A DNA stretch of 64,000 nucleotides, taken from the IMG/VR virus record IMGVR_UViG_3300032007_001727. One strand, 5' to 3'. Under the pieces are notes generated by a model. That model did not search any database. It was not told the DNA's origin and saw nothing but the letters and a program-made list of their open reading frames with translations. The translations under genes and the position numbers were made by a program. Position 1 is the first letter of the stretch; every line of letters begins with the position of its first letter. The stretch comes from a virus (Duplodnaviria; Caudoviricetes). This document shows positions 37,501 through 48,002 of this stretch, piece by piece.

Positions 37501-40500
37501 AATAACTCATATTACTTCTATTTCGGAATAAAGAAAGGAAGCACGGCAATTGATAAGTTTAACAGTATGTTCTATGCACAATGCTTCAAGAAGACTAAAC
37601 TACCGTTCATGATGGACTTGGACTATCGTGGGAGGTCATACTGTACTAGTGCATACACTAACGATTTAAGGGACGATTATGCCTATGCATACATTAAGTT
37701 CTCGTCTGATAATATAAAGGCACCCTATAGTTATTGGTTATATGACTCCAAGGGAAAACTCATAATAGGTGAGGATGATATGGAGGCCGATACATTTGTC
37801 ATTGGTGGCTATATAGATGACTATGGAGAAGTTAAGTCGAATGAGTACGGAAAGATATGCTATCAGTCGGATAGCACCAAATGTCTTACAACGGAAGACG
37901 GTAGTGGTTTCATCTATCTTAAGAATCAAGAATATACTCTAGAGATTACCGATACAAACGGGAAGACAATAAGTCAGAATGTCAAGTTGGATACGCCGCA
38001 TATAACCGGCGAATACTCTAGCCGTAGTCTTGGGACGAAATTCTATAATACCGAAACAACTAAAAAGGATTATATATGCAATGACGAGACTGCATTTTAT
38101 GGTGAAATCCACATGACAAGTTTCACTGTGGACGGATATGAGTGTACCATAACGTCTGCGGAGGCTATAAGTAGTGGTAACATCATTAAATTGAGACTGA
38201 CCGGAAGTTCTCCTTATATCAACCCTAATGTTGGTGGAATAACTGCAAATAGTGAGATTATATTAGAGTTGAGGGCGATTGACTTGGAGGAAGGCGAATC
38301 GACGGAGAGTTGCATGTGCGGTGGCGGTACGCCAACACCGCAATGGAGGCTTATTACCGGTGATGACTATACTGAATTGGTATTTTATGTATATAAACCA
38401 AAGACATATGTGATGAGGATGATTCAAACTTGCAATGGTCAAGATGTCAATTCTAGTGAAGAAATTATTAAGATTGATAACGGAGAACCCTTTATGACAT
38501 ATCTTAATAGGATGCCGGTTAAATTCATGTTGGGCACATCCACGGATGATAGTGGTGCCTCCATAGCAAATACTAGCGAGTTCTATAGGTCTGACCATGT
38601 ACCGACCGCCACCGGTAACGGCATTACCGGTTGGTATGGTGTTCATACAGAAGACACTTATAGGTTTGATGGGACCTTTATCTCAAATCAGAGTCTGTGG
38701 GAGGATGTATTGAACGGAACGACTGACTCAATAGCAAGCCCGACGGTAAAGCAAGCAATTCTAGTATTTAAGTTTAATTCAATGTTCTCCTTGTCGGAAG
38801 GTGTGTATGTTACAGAGGATTCGTCTAAGAGACTTGAAATGACATCTGAGGGCGGTGTCAGCCCGATATTGTATAGGACGGTTGCTCCGACATACGATAA
38901 TGACAGTACGATTCGGACCCAATATAGGTTCTCTGAAGAGAGTGATGTATATTGTAGTGACTATCAGTCCAATGTAGTTGGTGACAACTATTGCCCGAAT
39001 ACTGCATATAATCCGGGTGTTGCCAACGGTCCGGTGTTCAATAATAGAATTTATGACAACACTGATAAGTTAGGTAATTATTTCGGTGCATTCACTAGGG
39101 ACGGGTCATACATTTCAAAAAATAAAATCGACGGTATAAACATAGGCATAGAAAGGAGTCCATCATTTGCCTCAATAAGTCCATACAGAGAAAACGGGGT
39201 GCTTAAGATAATGGGTAAGGATGTAACAATGGCTGTTACCGGTCTTAGCCGCGTCTATGATAAGGGAACCGGGGCAAATCAGCAGACACTTCCGGGCGAT
39301 AAGAAAAGGACAACACAGCCGTATCTTAGGGGTTTGTTTGTTGATAGAAGGTTGGATTATGACTTCATTATATTTGCACCGGCAATGGGAAGCAATTTCA
39401 GTCTGTACAGTGGTATAAAGGCTGTCGAACGTGATAGGGTTTGGCGTAGCGGGCGAATCAGTGGTTGGACCATGAACGGAATTGAAATGTCATATGATGA
39501 AAATGATGAATATAATATCATTTCATCAAGTGTTGCTTCCACCACGGTAGATGATGAGACCTATTACCCAAGTGCGATATATAACACAAGATTGGAATAC
39601 ACATTCAAGTATAATTCAAATCACAGATGTTTGAATTGTAATTATCAAGGTTTGGGTTTAGACCCTAGACAGCCATGTCCAAATTGTGGTGGTGAAGTGA
39701 TACCATATCAAGGTGAATTTGGTTCCCAGCGCTCCATAACTGATAATAATATAACAATGTACAGTGATGTTTATAGCCACACTATGGATGGTGACGGGCC
39801 TTATGACGATGCTAAAACACGATATAATAACAGTAGCGGTGATGGTGTTTGGAATGTTGGTACATTAGGTTATATCCCCGGATATGATTTAGATTACATG
39901 CCACTAGTTAAGCGTTTCTACAGTTCTGAATTCTGTGGAATTGATTTAAGAAACTTCTATTGGTCAGACGGAAACAGAAGCAGACTTGGACATTATTGTG
40001 CAGTCCAACAGACACGTACTTTGTCAATGTTTGATTTAAAGAAACCATTCTATGTTTATTGTTACCCTGCGAATCCTAGTTATGGTAACGGTGATTTTGA
40101 CAAGGACAACTATCCAACTGAAAGATTTATAGACATAGGTAATCTTCCTCCATTGACAATGTATCACTATGAAACCGAAAGTTGCAGTTATGGTATGCAA
40201 GCGTATCCGCAAGATGACGGAACAATTGTGGCACAGACAAATGAGGGTGAGAAGGTTGAATTTGACTTGAATTGGATTAATCCGGTAACAATGGTTCCGC
40301 CAAATGCTGATTCCACCGACTATGTTAATATAGAGTATGGTGCATTGTCAAGTGGTTTAAATGATGAATTGATATTTACGGCGGAAGCGGGAAATATCTC
40401 TTTTAAACTTAATTCATATACTTGTGAGGGTTTTGAGGTATATACAACAGCACCTAGGCTAATACAAGTATTGCCATATATTCAAGGTACTAATCTTGAT

Positions 40501-41604
40501 GGTATTAGTTTTGTTAAAACATACACTAAGACCGGAGAGATTGGCCTTAGTGGAATAGAAAATTTGGATATGGCAATTGACCTTGTAACATTGGATGGGT
40601 GTGTATTAAGTTTTCCGTTAAATAATAAATGGGCGAAAAAAATGCTAGGTCTAGAGCAGACAGTATTTTGCCCGGAAGGAGTTACCGTATGGAGTGGTTT
40701 GACATCAAGTAATGGCAAAACGGTACAAAGAATAAATGTTAAGGGCGGACCCTTAACCGAGGGTGCATTCTTTAAGAAGGATGATGAGTGGCTAACTTCG
40801 GACAATGAAGACTTCACGAATGTCCTTTTCATGAAAAACATTAATGCATTGACAAATGATGGTACTAGTGCTACGGCTTTTGCTGTATTGGTTGATAGAG
40901 AATATAAATCTGAGGATGATAATCACTTGATAAGACACTTGAGAACAATTGAGACCTCTGATATTTATGACTGTAGGAAACTGAGAATGAGAATGGCAAA
41001 TAATAGTGAGAGCGGTGGTCCTTATTCTTATGTTGTAATGAATATAAGCAATAAACATGAAGAAGAATTAATTACCGGAATAAGTGGCCAGACTGAGGAA
41101 GGCAGCACAGATGTAGATATCGAAACCACAAAGGAAACAAAGAATTTTGACACAAAGGTATTTACACAAGTGTTGACCTTTGAAATGCTGTTTGACACCC
41201 GACCATCGACAAACGTTCAAGACAGAGAGAACGGTACATTTGCCGATTATGACATGATGTCATATGTGTTTAGGTTTAAGTCAAAAAATGGTGAACAGTT
41301 CGATGTCAGTCCTACAGACGTTGAGTTTGACCTTAAAGGTGACGCAGATACCGGTAACCCAAATTCTAGTCTGAAACTTACGGTTATTTGGCCTTCGAAT
41401 ATGGGCATCATCATAGATGACCAATGGAGCGGAAGTAACATACCATGTGAATTGTTTGCAAGAACTCCAAGTAATTTCACATACAGATTAAGTAAATTCA
41501 AGATTCAACTTGAATCACAAGACCCGGATGGTGGAAGTACTCAAGATAAGAAGGATGCCATGGTAGAGAATGAAAAGTATAAAACAAACGTTAAATTGGT
41601 ATAA
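34549..41604 (+). CDS. 2351-aa putative virion structural protein (baseplate/tail region)
   Basis: Very long ORF in the baseplate operon; N-terminal beta-sandwich-like region (GVIVGRV..GIPNAKVSVF), a hydrophobic segment and a Zn ribbon. Confidence 0.7.
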   Translation: MDKSFRVHTNISSDTVLNVNMKQDFDFLEVLSLKLRQKDAYRLHSSNYGVIVGRVLANEAFGIPNAKVSVFIEKESDDTTDMESIYPYYEVTSKDKEGRRYNLLPDESDDKCYKVVGTFPSKRLVLDDNVQLEIYDKYWKYTTVTNNSGDYMLYGVPTGTLTIHVDLDLSDIGVLSQKPRDFEYKGYNITMFDSPNQFKDGTNLDGLAQLFAQNKSVYVYPFWGDSDNGTAAITRSDIEIQYKFEPTCVFMGSIVSDNEGHAIGHKCSPDIENGINSQLIGGNGTIEMIRKTTDGLVEEFQIQGNQLIDENGVWCYQIPMNLDYIGTDEYGNIVPTDNPSKGIPTRTQVRFRISKTETNSEGFSRHTAKYLVPMNPMFSEDSNQPKIDYNGSEIEKMYSFGSSTPLSCFRDLYWNNVYSVKNYIPKTQVAHRAYAKNYCALKGSNLADDQNPIPFNKLNINLPFLYMVVCIIYRIMVKVVKMINKIISFLYWLVYKCCIKIFRWKICPFRPLRHLLGDLSCITMSAGGDEGNIAYYPGCSKSAMNDSSCPDDMLGSCRKSNDDKKLMDAIQRNLALEFKIVRLDLYQDWINGCLYMPLWYWKKRKKRKFLGITIMRAKNQFCSDESFYSRLKSIVTCNIGYTDTNLSVSNNKSSMPDSEKRWHKNKSGSVRYYRGLIKPVENNDGLTVYYYSALQATTDNDNPKLEMVRRPKNFNAVRLFATDIILLGNLDPHNIYGIPQFFECLPSTTANVPPIATIEEDTSDGENSSNNSNEGLNGNDEDSGTTVTTGMDWNHDGEKQSPKLKTGLFMDLECTYANTRPKSCINVERMSELGVSLDTTHRVAYSSNGELKYGDIENDGFISKYELDDMENRSMFATMNHIGFIPQEYQDMHDGYETQVRDERTNYLIPKFKYIYPVDFDGRLQLPMSMYRNGFQQSMFDERDQSYVTFRLGAEENNDKIRNNENRIRHFYIQRDGVYSMPLYNNSYYFYFGIKKGSTAIDKFNSMFYAQCFKKTKLPFMMDLDYRGRSYCTSAYTNDLRDDYAYAYIKFSSDNIKAPYSYWLYDSKGKLIIGEDDMEADTFVIGGYIDDYGEVKSNEYGKICYQSDSTKCLTTEDGSGFIYLKNQEYTLEITDTNGKTISQNVKLDTPHITGEYSSRSLGTKFYNTETTKKDYICNDETAFYGEIHMTSFTVDGYECTITSAEAISSGNIIKLRLTGSSPYINPNVGGITANSEIILELRAIDLEEGESTESCMCGGGTPTPQWRLITGDDYTELVFYVYKPKTYVMRMIQTCNGQDVNSSEEIIKIDNGEPFMTYLNRMPVKFMLGTSTDDSGASIANTSEFYRSDHVPTATGNGITGWYGVHTEDTYRFDGTFISNQSLWEDVLNGTTDSIASPTVKQAILVFKFNSMFSLSEGVYVTEDSSKRLEMTSEGGVSPILYRTVAPTYDNDSTIRTQYRFSEESDVYCSDYQSNVVGDNYCPNTAYNPGVANGPVFNNRIYDNTDKLGNYFGAFTRDGSYISKNKIDGINIGIERSPSFASISPYRENGVLKIMGKDVTMAVTGLSRVYDKGTGANQQTLPGDKKRTTQPYLRGLFVDRRLDYDFIIFAPAMGSNFSLYSGIKAVERDRVWRSGRISGWTMNGIEMSYDENDEYNIISSSVASTTVDDETYYPSAIYNTRLEYTFKYNSNHRCLNCNYQGLGLDPRQPCPNCGGEVIPYQGEFGSQRSITDNNITMYSDVYSHTMDGDGPYDDAKTRYNNSSGDGVWNVGTLGYIPGYDLDYMPLVKRFYSSEFCGIDLRNFYWSDGNRSRLGHYCAVQQTRTLSMFDLKKPFYVYCYPANPSYGNGDFDKDNYPTERFIDIGNLPPLTMYHYETESCSYGMQAYPQDDGTIVAQTNEGEKVEFDLNWINPVTMVPPNADSTDYVNIEYGALSSGLNDELIFTAEAGNISFKLNSYTCEGFEVYTTAPRLIQVLPYIQGTNLDGISFVKTYTKTGEIGLSGIENLDMAIDLVTLDGCVLSFPLNNKWAKKMLGLEQTVFCPEGVTVWSGLTSSNGKTVQRINVKGGPLTEGAFFKKDDEWLTSDNEDFTNVLFMKNINALTNDGTSATAFAVLVDREYKSEDDNHLIRHLRTIETSDIYDCRKLRMRMANNSESGGPYSYVVMNISNKHEEELITGISGQTEEGSTDVDIETTKETKNFDTKVFTQVLTFEMLFDTRPSTNVQDRENGTFADYDMMSYVFRFKSKNGEQFDVSPTDVEFDLKGDADTGNPNSSLKLTVIWPSNMGIIIDDQWSGSNIPCELFARTPSNFTYRLSKFKIQLESQDPDGGSTQDKKDAMVENEKYKTNVKLV

Positions 41605-41616
41605 TTTATTAAAAAT

Positions 41617-44600
41617 ATGGATACAAGATTATTTCTTAAAAAATACGAAAGCAAGACTTCATCAAATACAAGTGAAGGACTTAACGTACCTCTGAAGAGC
41701 AAGAAAAAACTCTTGCCCTCTGATGGTATAAGTGAGGTTATCAGCCAATATGACGTATATTCTGATGAAAGAAAAAATTGTAATATAATAAGGCTGACTT
41801 GCCAAGTTAACCCGGTGTGTTCCAACGTATTATTTAATGAAATAACTGAAATTGTCAAAAATGAAGGCAGCAGTGGTGTAACCTTCATTAACTATGGGTT
41901 TACAAATGATAACCCTAATAAAATATTTGATGGTGTAGTGTTTAAACCAAATAACACTATGGAGTTTTGGAGTGGTTCAACGATGAGGTATCAAGGTGAC
42001 GATGATTTATTGCCTAGCAGTGTATCCACCAAAATAGAGAGAATCACAAACAAGGATAAAGTAACCGGTAATACTACGCTAAGTGGTGATTCCACTGATT
42101 TCTCGCACCCCACGAACTCGATAAGGGACATGCAACTGTCAAACATAGGGTTTGTATATCATTGTGGCAAAGATATTCTTAATAATCACCTAATCAGAAG
42201 TACCACATTCAAGACGGTATGTAAACTATCTAGTGACTCACAAAAATATAATGACTATGATGCATTCAATACAATCGTTGACTTAATGCGTGATGTAAGT
42301 GGCATGAAGGTGATTGAAAAGGTACCATTTCCGGTATTGGCTGGTCTTTCCGGTAATGCAAAATTAGTGTCATTGCATTTATACGATAGTGACGATACTC
42401 TTTCGTTTTCGGCAAGTGTTGATACGAATTTAATTAAAAAGCATAATGGTTGGGTTGGGTTTTACAATAAATCTAAAATTAAATCATATCGTGTTTTCCC
42501 AAATTACCCGAATAATTCAATAGAAATGGGTGTCGACAAACCGCTGATGTATATGAGCGGTGGTGATTTCGTTGATATGTATCCGTCTAGGGACTTGTAT
42601 TCATTCATACCAAAATATAACGAGCATAGGCATAGGATTGAAAAGAATTGGAATTATTGCATAACATATCCTAGTTCCTCATACACACCTTCCTCTGAGG
42701 AAGAAGAGTTCTCTGACATCATAGAGACAAACAAGGGACTTGGCTCATTGAAGGCAATTTATTTTGATGAAAATACAAACGGTGATGACGGCCTTGATGA
42801 AATCGTGATATATGGAATATCCAAACATGGACTAGAGAGGGGTGACCATGTCAATGTCTATAAGACATATGACACTGACCAATTTTGGGTTGTTGATGAA
42901 TACAGTGTCAGAATATCTGAGATATTCACAAATGAAGATGACGCTCGAATTGAGTTTAATAGATTAAGCACTCTGACATCATCGACTCAATGTGACGGTA
43001 CGCCGTATCCTATTCCGGATAGAATCGTTGAAGTTAGTGGCGATACGATAAATGAAGAGATTCTACATGATGCCGAAGTAAAGGATGTTATTGATGGCTA
43101 TATCTTTACATTATTTAAGTCTTCCTTGCAGATAAGCAAGACTTGGATTGACACCAAAGATGAAGACAATTTACATGAACTAGGTTTTACAGTAAGTGAT
43201 GATGGGAAAACCATCACAAACAATAGCGGAAGAACTTATTATATAGTTAACGGAAAATATGCCAATATCGATGATACGGCACAGAGAATATCATATAAGA
43301 AAGTCTCAAATGATATTGAATGCAAGTATTACATAAGAATTTTTTCAAAATTACCAAACTTCAAGTTTTCAAGTGCAAACACCTTTAATGAATATGAATT
43401 ATATAAGGATAAACAAGAAGTAATTGAGGAATATAAGAAGAAGGAATATGATTTTGAGAGTCATGTGAGCAGGATGGCTTTTGCCAAGAACATCTATTCA
43501 GACGATATGGGTCAATTGATATTCACGGATAATATAGACATTTCCAACTTGCATGATAACTTAGGTAGGCCATTGTCTGACTTGTATCTCACATTCATTA
43601 AGAATAACAAGGGGTATAAGGAATGGTATGGATTTGATTATGACGAATGGAGTGAAAGTTGCATAACGGATGAGAATATAGAGTTTTCACATGCGTTTGG
43701 CAAGATAACTTGCGGGATAGAGACATCCTATGAATCTACTTGCAATAAGCAGATAAATTCCGTATTTACCATTTGCAACACAGACACTGGGCGTAAGCAA
43801 GGGTATTTGATGAGTTTGCTCAGAAACAAATTCGCTGAATCAGAAGAACAATATGAGGATGCGACATACATATCTTCAAGCGGTAATGTCATAAAAATAT
43901 CTCCGGATGAGGTTTGGTATGGTATTGACACAGATTTCTACGGTGATTTGTGCTGCTATAACCAATATGATGCAACTGAGAAACACATAGCATACATTAT
44001 GAACAGATTCAACACTGCTCAGAGGGAGTCATCATTATCAAAGTCTGATAAATATTTTAATAATTTCTATTATGATGAGATAATGATGGATGACTATGAC
44101 TCAAGTCCATATTCAGCATCGTGCAATCCATATTACGAAAGTGGTGAAACAGCATCCAACAATAAGTCAGAAGGATATTACTACAATCCTCATTATCAGA
44201 TAAGAATCAAGACATTCGGCAAACTTAATTCAATGTCACCGCAGTTCTTGAACTTAAGACAAATAGTTAAGGTTGATGGTCTTGAATATACATATTCCAT
44301 CACAACACAACAGCCACATTATCTGACATTAGGTGATAGGGCCGTATTATATGATATGGTGTCTGAAAGATATTATACTCTTACCGCCATTGACAATGAA
44401 AGAAATTCAAATAAGGTGTTTACATGCATTGTCACGGACTATGACACGGGTAAGAATGTCGATATAATGTCTGCAAATGGGGTGCCATTCTCGTCTGCAA
44501 CCACAAATTTATATACAAGTGCCCAAAATCTGCAAATGTTTAAGTTGTTTAAGATGGACAATTTGGGTTGCCCTAAATACGCAACAATTCTAAAAGACGG

Positions 44601-44841
44601 TACTTGCAGGATTATTTGGCGCGATGTGATTAGTAACGGGTTTGACAGAGTGGATGATACGATTGAGGAATACCCGTTTACAAACGGGGCGCTTTATGTC
44701 AACAAGAACATAAACATATATGTGAGGAGACAAGACCCGTATAATGAATATCTGCTTTATTCTAACGAAGATATTAAGGGCGAAATCACAGATTTTGAAA
44801 ACGAAGATAATTATGTAAAAGAAAATCAAATAGAATGTTAA
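41617..44841 (+). CDS. 1074-aa putative structural protein
   Basis: Long ORF in the structural operon, overlapping the next gene; L.DNLGRPLS.LYLT motif. Confidence 0.65.
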   Translation: MDTRLFLKKYESKTSSNTSEGLNVPLKSKKKLLPSDGISEVISQYDVYSDERKNCNIIRLTCQVNPVCSNVLFNEITEIVKNEGSSGVTFINYGFTNDNPNKIFDGVVFKPNNTMEFWSGSTMRYQGDDDLLPSSVSTKIERITNKDKVTGNTTLSGDSTDFSHPTNSIRDMQLSNIGFVYHCGKDILNNHLIRSTTFKTVCKLSSDSQKYNDYDAFNTIVDLMRDVSGMKVIEKVPFPVLAGLSGNAKLVSLHLYDSDDTLSFSASVDTNLIKKHNGWVGFYNKSKIKSYRVFPNYPNNSIEMGVDKPLMYMSGGDFVDMYPSRDLYSFIPKYNEHRHRIEKNWNYCITYPSSSYTPSSEEEEFSDIIETNKGLGSLKAIYFDENTNGDDGLDEIVIYGISKHGLERGDHVNVYKTYDTDQFWVVDEYSVRISEIFTNEDDARIEFNRLSTLTSSTQCDGTPYPIPDRIVEVSGDTINEEILHDAEVKDVIDGYIFTLFKSSLQISKTWIDTKDEDNLHELGFTVSDDGKTITNNSGRTYYIVNGKYANIDDTAQRISYKKVSNDIECKYYIRIFSKLPNFKFSSANTFNEYELYKDKQEVIEEYKKKEYDFESHVSRMAFAKNIYSDDMGQLIFTDNIDISNLHDNLGRPLSDLYLTFIKNNKGYKEWYGFDYDEWSESCITDENIEFSHAFGKITCGIETSYESTCNKQINSVFTICNTDTGRKQGYLMSLLRNKFAESEEQYEDATYISSSGNVIKISPDEVWYGIDTDFYGDLCCYNQYDATEKHIAYIMNRFNTAQRESSLSKSDKYFNNFYYDEIMMDDYDSSPYSASCNPYYESGETASNNKSEGYYYNPHYQIRIKTFGKLNSMSPQFLNLRQIVKVDGLEYTYSITTQQPHYLTLGDRAVLYDMVSERYYTLTAIDNERNSNKVFTCIVTDYDTGKNVDIMSANGVPFSSATTNLYTSAQNLQMFKLFKMDNLGCPKYATILKDGTCRIIWRDVISNGFDRVDDTIEEYPFTNGALYVNKNINIYVRRQDPYNEYLLYSNEDIKGEITDFENEDNYVKENQIEC

Positions 44842-47800
44842 GGTATAGTGTCAGATTAAACGGAAGTAATTTCAAGCAAACTGAATTGGAATGGAGTGAA
44901 AAATATCTTTCACCGGATTTGTCTTATATCAGTGGTGTGACATCACCATCCTATAACCTTGACAGATTCAGATATTTGGCCTCAAAGAACTCGTATTCGA
45001 ATACGAACGGTGTCTTGTCCCTAAATGCCCACAATGAAAAAAGACAAGGATATATTATTGTCAGAGAAAAGAAATACTACATATATAGTGGTTCTACTGA
45101 CAACTATTCAATCGAAGAAGGTGGAATAACCATTGAGTATAAGTTTGTTTTCATAAACGGAAAATATTTCTATTATACTGAATTGGATAGTGAATCACAC
45201 ACTAGTGGATTTACCATTGACAATATATTATACTATAAAGATAATAATGTAAAGAATGGTGAAGATGAGCCTTGTAAGGTTGCTTGTTCACAAGATGCCA
45301 CTTATTTCACAATAGATACCGTTTATTATATTGATGATGAAAGAGTCACCATTGACGGTGAGGAATACCAATACGAAAGATGGGAAGGTGAATATGGTGT
45401 CTTAAAATACCTTGATGATGGCAGAGCATTAGACCCTAGTGAAATAACAGATTGTTCTAGTATAGAATTTGTTCCATATGAGGTAAATAATGTGGAGGAA
45501 ATTACAAAATTTACGTTAACGAAGGAGGATGATACAGTAAAACTGTTCGATTCAATTAGTCACTGTAAGTATCAGTTCTATGTTCTGTATAAAAACCATT
45601 ATTGTAACATTGTAAAGGTAGCAAGTGATGATTCCTATATTTTTTACTGCGAAATACCGAAATATGTATTGTCCGGGCGCACAAGTGAGGGGCAGATAAT
45701 CAATGATGATTTGGAGACCGTGCGATTCCCTTTGTATTTTACGTTACAGTCCGGAAACGAAGACATAATGTATGGCTACAAGGATTCAATTGAACAAGGA
45801 TATTATATAGACTCTCAACATTATTCCGAACACCATATTAAGAATATGAATGAATTGACACGTGTCACCGCATTCATATACATTGAAGAAGAGAATGTTT
45901 TTCTCCGCGTTGAGCATGACATCCTATCAACCAACTATGGTGAAATTCTTTCCGTCAACATGAATGATACTTATGCAAGTCTTTCAGTTGGGGATAAGTT
46001 TTCTTTGGAATACAATAGAAACAATAACACCAATGCCATTGTATATAAAACTATGCCGGAAGGAAAAGAAACTTATTTTGTCTTCTTTAACAACAAAAGG
46101 TATGACGTTGAGAAAAATTTGTGCGACAAAGCCGAAATAAAGGGTCAAGAATGTGATATTGAGTATATCAACGGAAGAATCAACGGCGTTGACTGTCTTG
46201 TTTTAATAAATGGTGAATACGTACCAATGAAATTGGAAATAAACGGGGATGAGGCCAAGGTCAAGAGATACGGACGGATTGTGTCCGGCTCGTCATTGAC
46301 TAGTACAACTGAAGCGTCATACAATGTAATTGAATATGACGGTATCACCATAGACAATACCAAGTGTATCATTAATAAGTATGAAAACGGTGACGAATAT
46401 GCTGATATACCATTTAATGAGAAATATGTCGTAAAGATTGTGGAAGTGATAGGTAACTCAACATATATTTGTGTTCCTTACTTTGACAGTAATGATTTTA
46501 CCGAAGAGTTTGCGAGGATAATATCAAATGATATTTGTGACAATATTGTTGACAATCAGCAATTCTTTAGGTTGAAGGTTAAGAACAATATATTCGGTGA
46601 ATATGAAATAGATGAGGCTTTAGCCTTTAAGGCAATGCGTAACCCAAGGTCTAGCAGTGACTTCTATAATCTATTCAACGATTTGGTTATACTTGTCGAC
46701 AGCGGGTATATCCACATCCCTCTATCATTCAACATGGATGCCGGGAATAATATTATCCAAGATGATATTATTACTGAAAAATTCTTTAACGTGGAAAAAA
46801 AGAAGGCAATCAACGCAATAGTTGATATGGAGAAGGATGTATATGTCCCGAAATATATGGACTCAACATACAGTGGTGCTGCGACAACATTCCATCCAAT
46901 ACATGAAATGAGGTTTAATTTCCATTTTAGGACGAGGAATGAGTTTTGGAAAATAGACAGTGAAGACAATAATTGGTTCATTACCGACTATTACCCATAT
47001 AAATGTATGTTGAATGATGGTGAGGCAAAGAAAACGCTGCAAACGGCATCTGACTTGATGGGATTACTCTATTTCACTGACGATGATGTATTCTATCAGA
47101 GGTCAAAGGTCGCAAAATCATTTATGAGGCTCTTGTTCTATGACAGCACGGACCCGCAGAGACAATCATTATTGGCTACGTCTTGTGTTTTTATGGATGA
47201 GCATGCCTTATTTAAGACCTTTATCGACAATTCTAGGCAAAACATATATGACTATGCCAAATCTAGCGGTTCTACGGATGTTTCCGGAGGTACTGACTGT
47301 ACAGACGGTAATTTAAGGAAAATGACTAAAATATCCGTAAACACTGAATTTATCGGAAAAGTAAGTGGTAATACTAAATTTTATCCATTATCTGCAAATA
47401 CGGTAAACATAAGTGAGAATCACAGATTAAGTTCAAGGCTTATTGTTAGGGACAAATACTCAACAGACACCTCCTCTGAGGGATTCTATCTCTACATTTT
47501 CAAGGAGTATTCTGAAAAATTGCACCCAAAGCCTATTTATATGAAGGTTGAATTTAACCATGCCGGTATTGGTAAGACGATACCATTCATAATACCTATG
47601 CATTGGTCCGGAAATACTAGTGATAGCGGAAGCACCGATTATAATATAATGTATCCGGAGCATAGTCTGCAACTTAATAATGAGAATGATGTTAAAGAAC
47701 TGATGAGCGGAACGCCATTGTCCTATATATATGCTCAGACCTATATTCCATTATATGCAGTATATGATTTTATGAACAAGGAGTACTGTTATGTATTTGA

Positions 47801-48002
47801 TAATAGGTATGTTAGTGTGAACAAAGACGGTACAATGGATTTTAATTTGTTCGAAATGAAATCCATGCGAGAAGACAAAGATTATCAATACGATATTGAT
47901 GAAATGCGTAAGGACATATTAATGAGAAAACCTAGAAGAGGTTTTATTAACATTAACAAAAATCAATTTGATGTAGAATTAACTAGCAATGAGGGAAATT
48001 AG
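44835..48002 (+). CDS. 1055-aa putative structural protein
   Basis: Long overlapping ORF; KSFMRLLFYDS and EGFYLY..YMKVEFN motifs. Confidence 0.65.
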   Translation: MLRYSVRLNGSNFKQTELEWSEKYLSPDLSYISGVTSPSYNLDRFRYLASKNSYSNTNGVLSLNAHNEKRQGYIIVREKKYYIYSGSTDNYSIEEGGITIEYKFVFINGKYFYYTELDSESHTSGFTIDNILYYKDNNVKNGEDEPCKVACSQDATYFTIDTVYYIDDERVTIDGEEYQYERWEGEYGVLKYLDDGRALDPSEITDCSSIEFVPYEVNNVEEITKFTLTKEDDTVKLFDSISHCKYQFYVLYKNHYCNIVKVASDDSYIFYCEIPKYVLSGRTSEGQIINDDLETVRFPLYFTLQSGNEDIMYGYKDSIEQGYYIDSQHYSEHHIKNMNELTRVTAFIYIEEENVFLRVEHDILSTNYGEILSVNMNDTYASLSVGDKFSLEYNRNNNTNAIVYKTMPEGKETYFVFFNNKRYDVEKNLCDKAEIKGQECDIEYINGRINGVDCLVLINGEYVPMKLEINGDEAKVKRYGRIVSGSSLTSTTEASYNVIEYDGITIDNTKCIINKYENGDEYADIPFNEKYVVKIVEVIGNSTYICVPYFDSNDFTEEFARIISNDICDNIVDNQQFFRLKVKNNIFGEYEIDEALAFKAMRNPRSSSDFYNLFNDLVILVDSGYIHIPLSFNMDAGNNIIQDDIITEKFFNVEKKKAINAIVDMEKDVYVPKYMDSTYSGAATTFHPIHEMRFNFHFRTRNEFWKIDSEDNNWFITDYYPYKCMLNDGEAKKTLQTASDLMGLLYFTDDDVFYQRSKVAKSFMRLLFYDSTDPQRQSLLATSCVFMDEHALFKTFIDNSRQNIYDYAKSSGSTDVSGGTDCTDGNLRKMTKISVNTEFIGKVSGNTKFYPLSANTVNISENHRLSSRLIVRDKYSTDTSSEGFYLYIFKEYSEKLHPKPIYMKVEFNHAGIGKTIPFIIPMHWSGNTSDSGSTDYNIMYPEHSLQLNNENDVKELMSGTPLSYIYAQTYIPLYAVYDFMNKEYCYVFDNRYVSVNKDGTMDFNLFEMKSMREDKDYQYDIDEMRKDILMRKPRRGFININKNQFDVELTSNEGN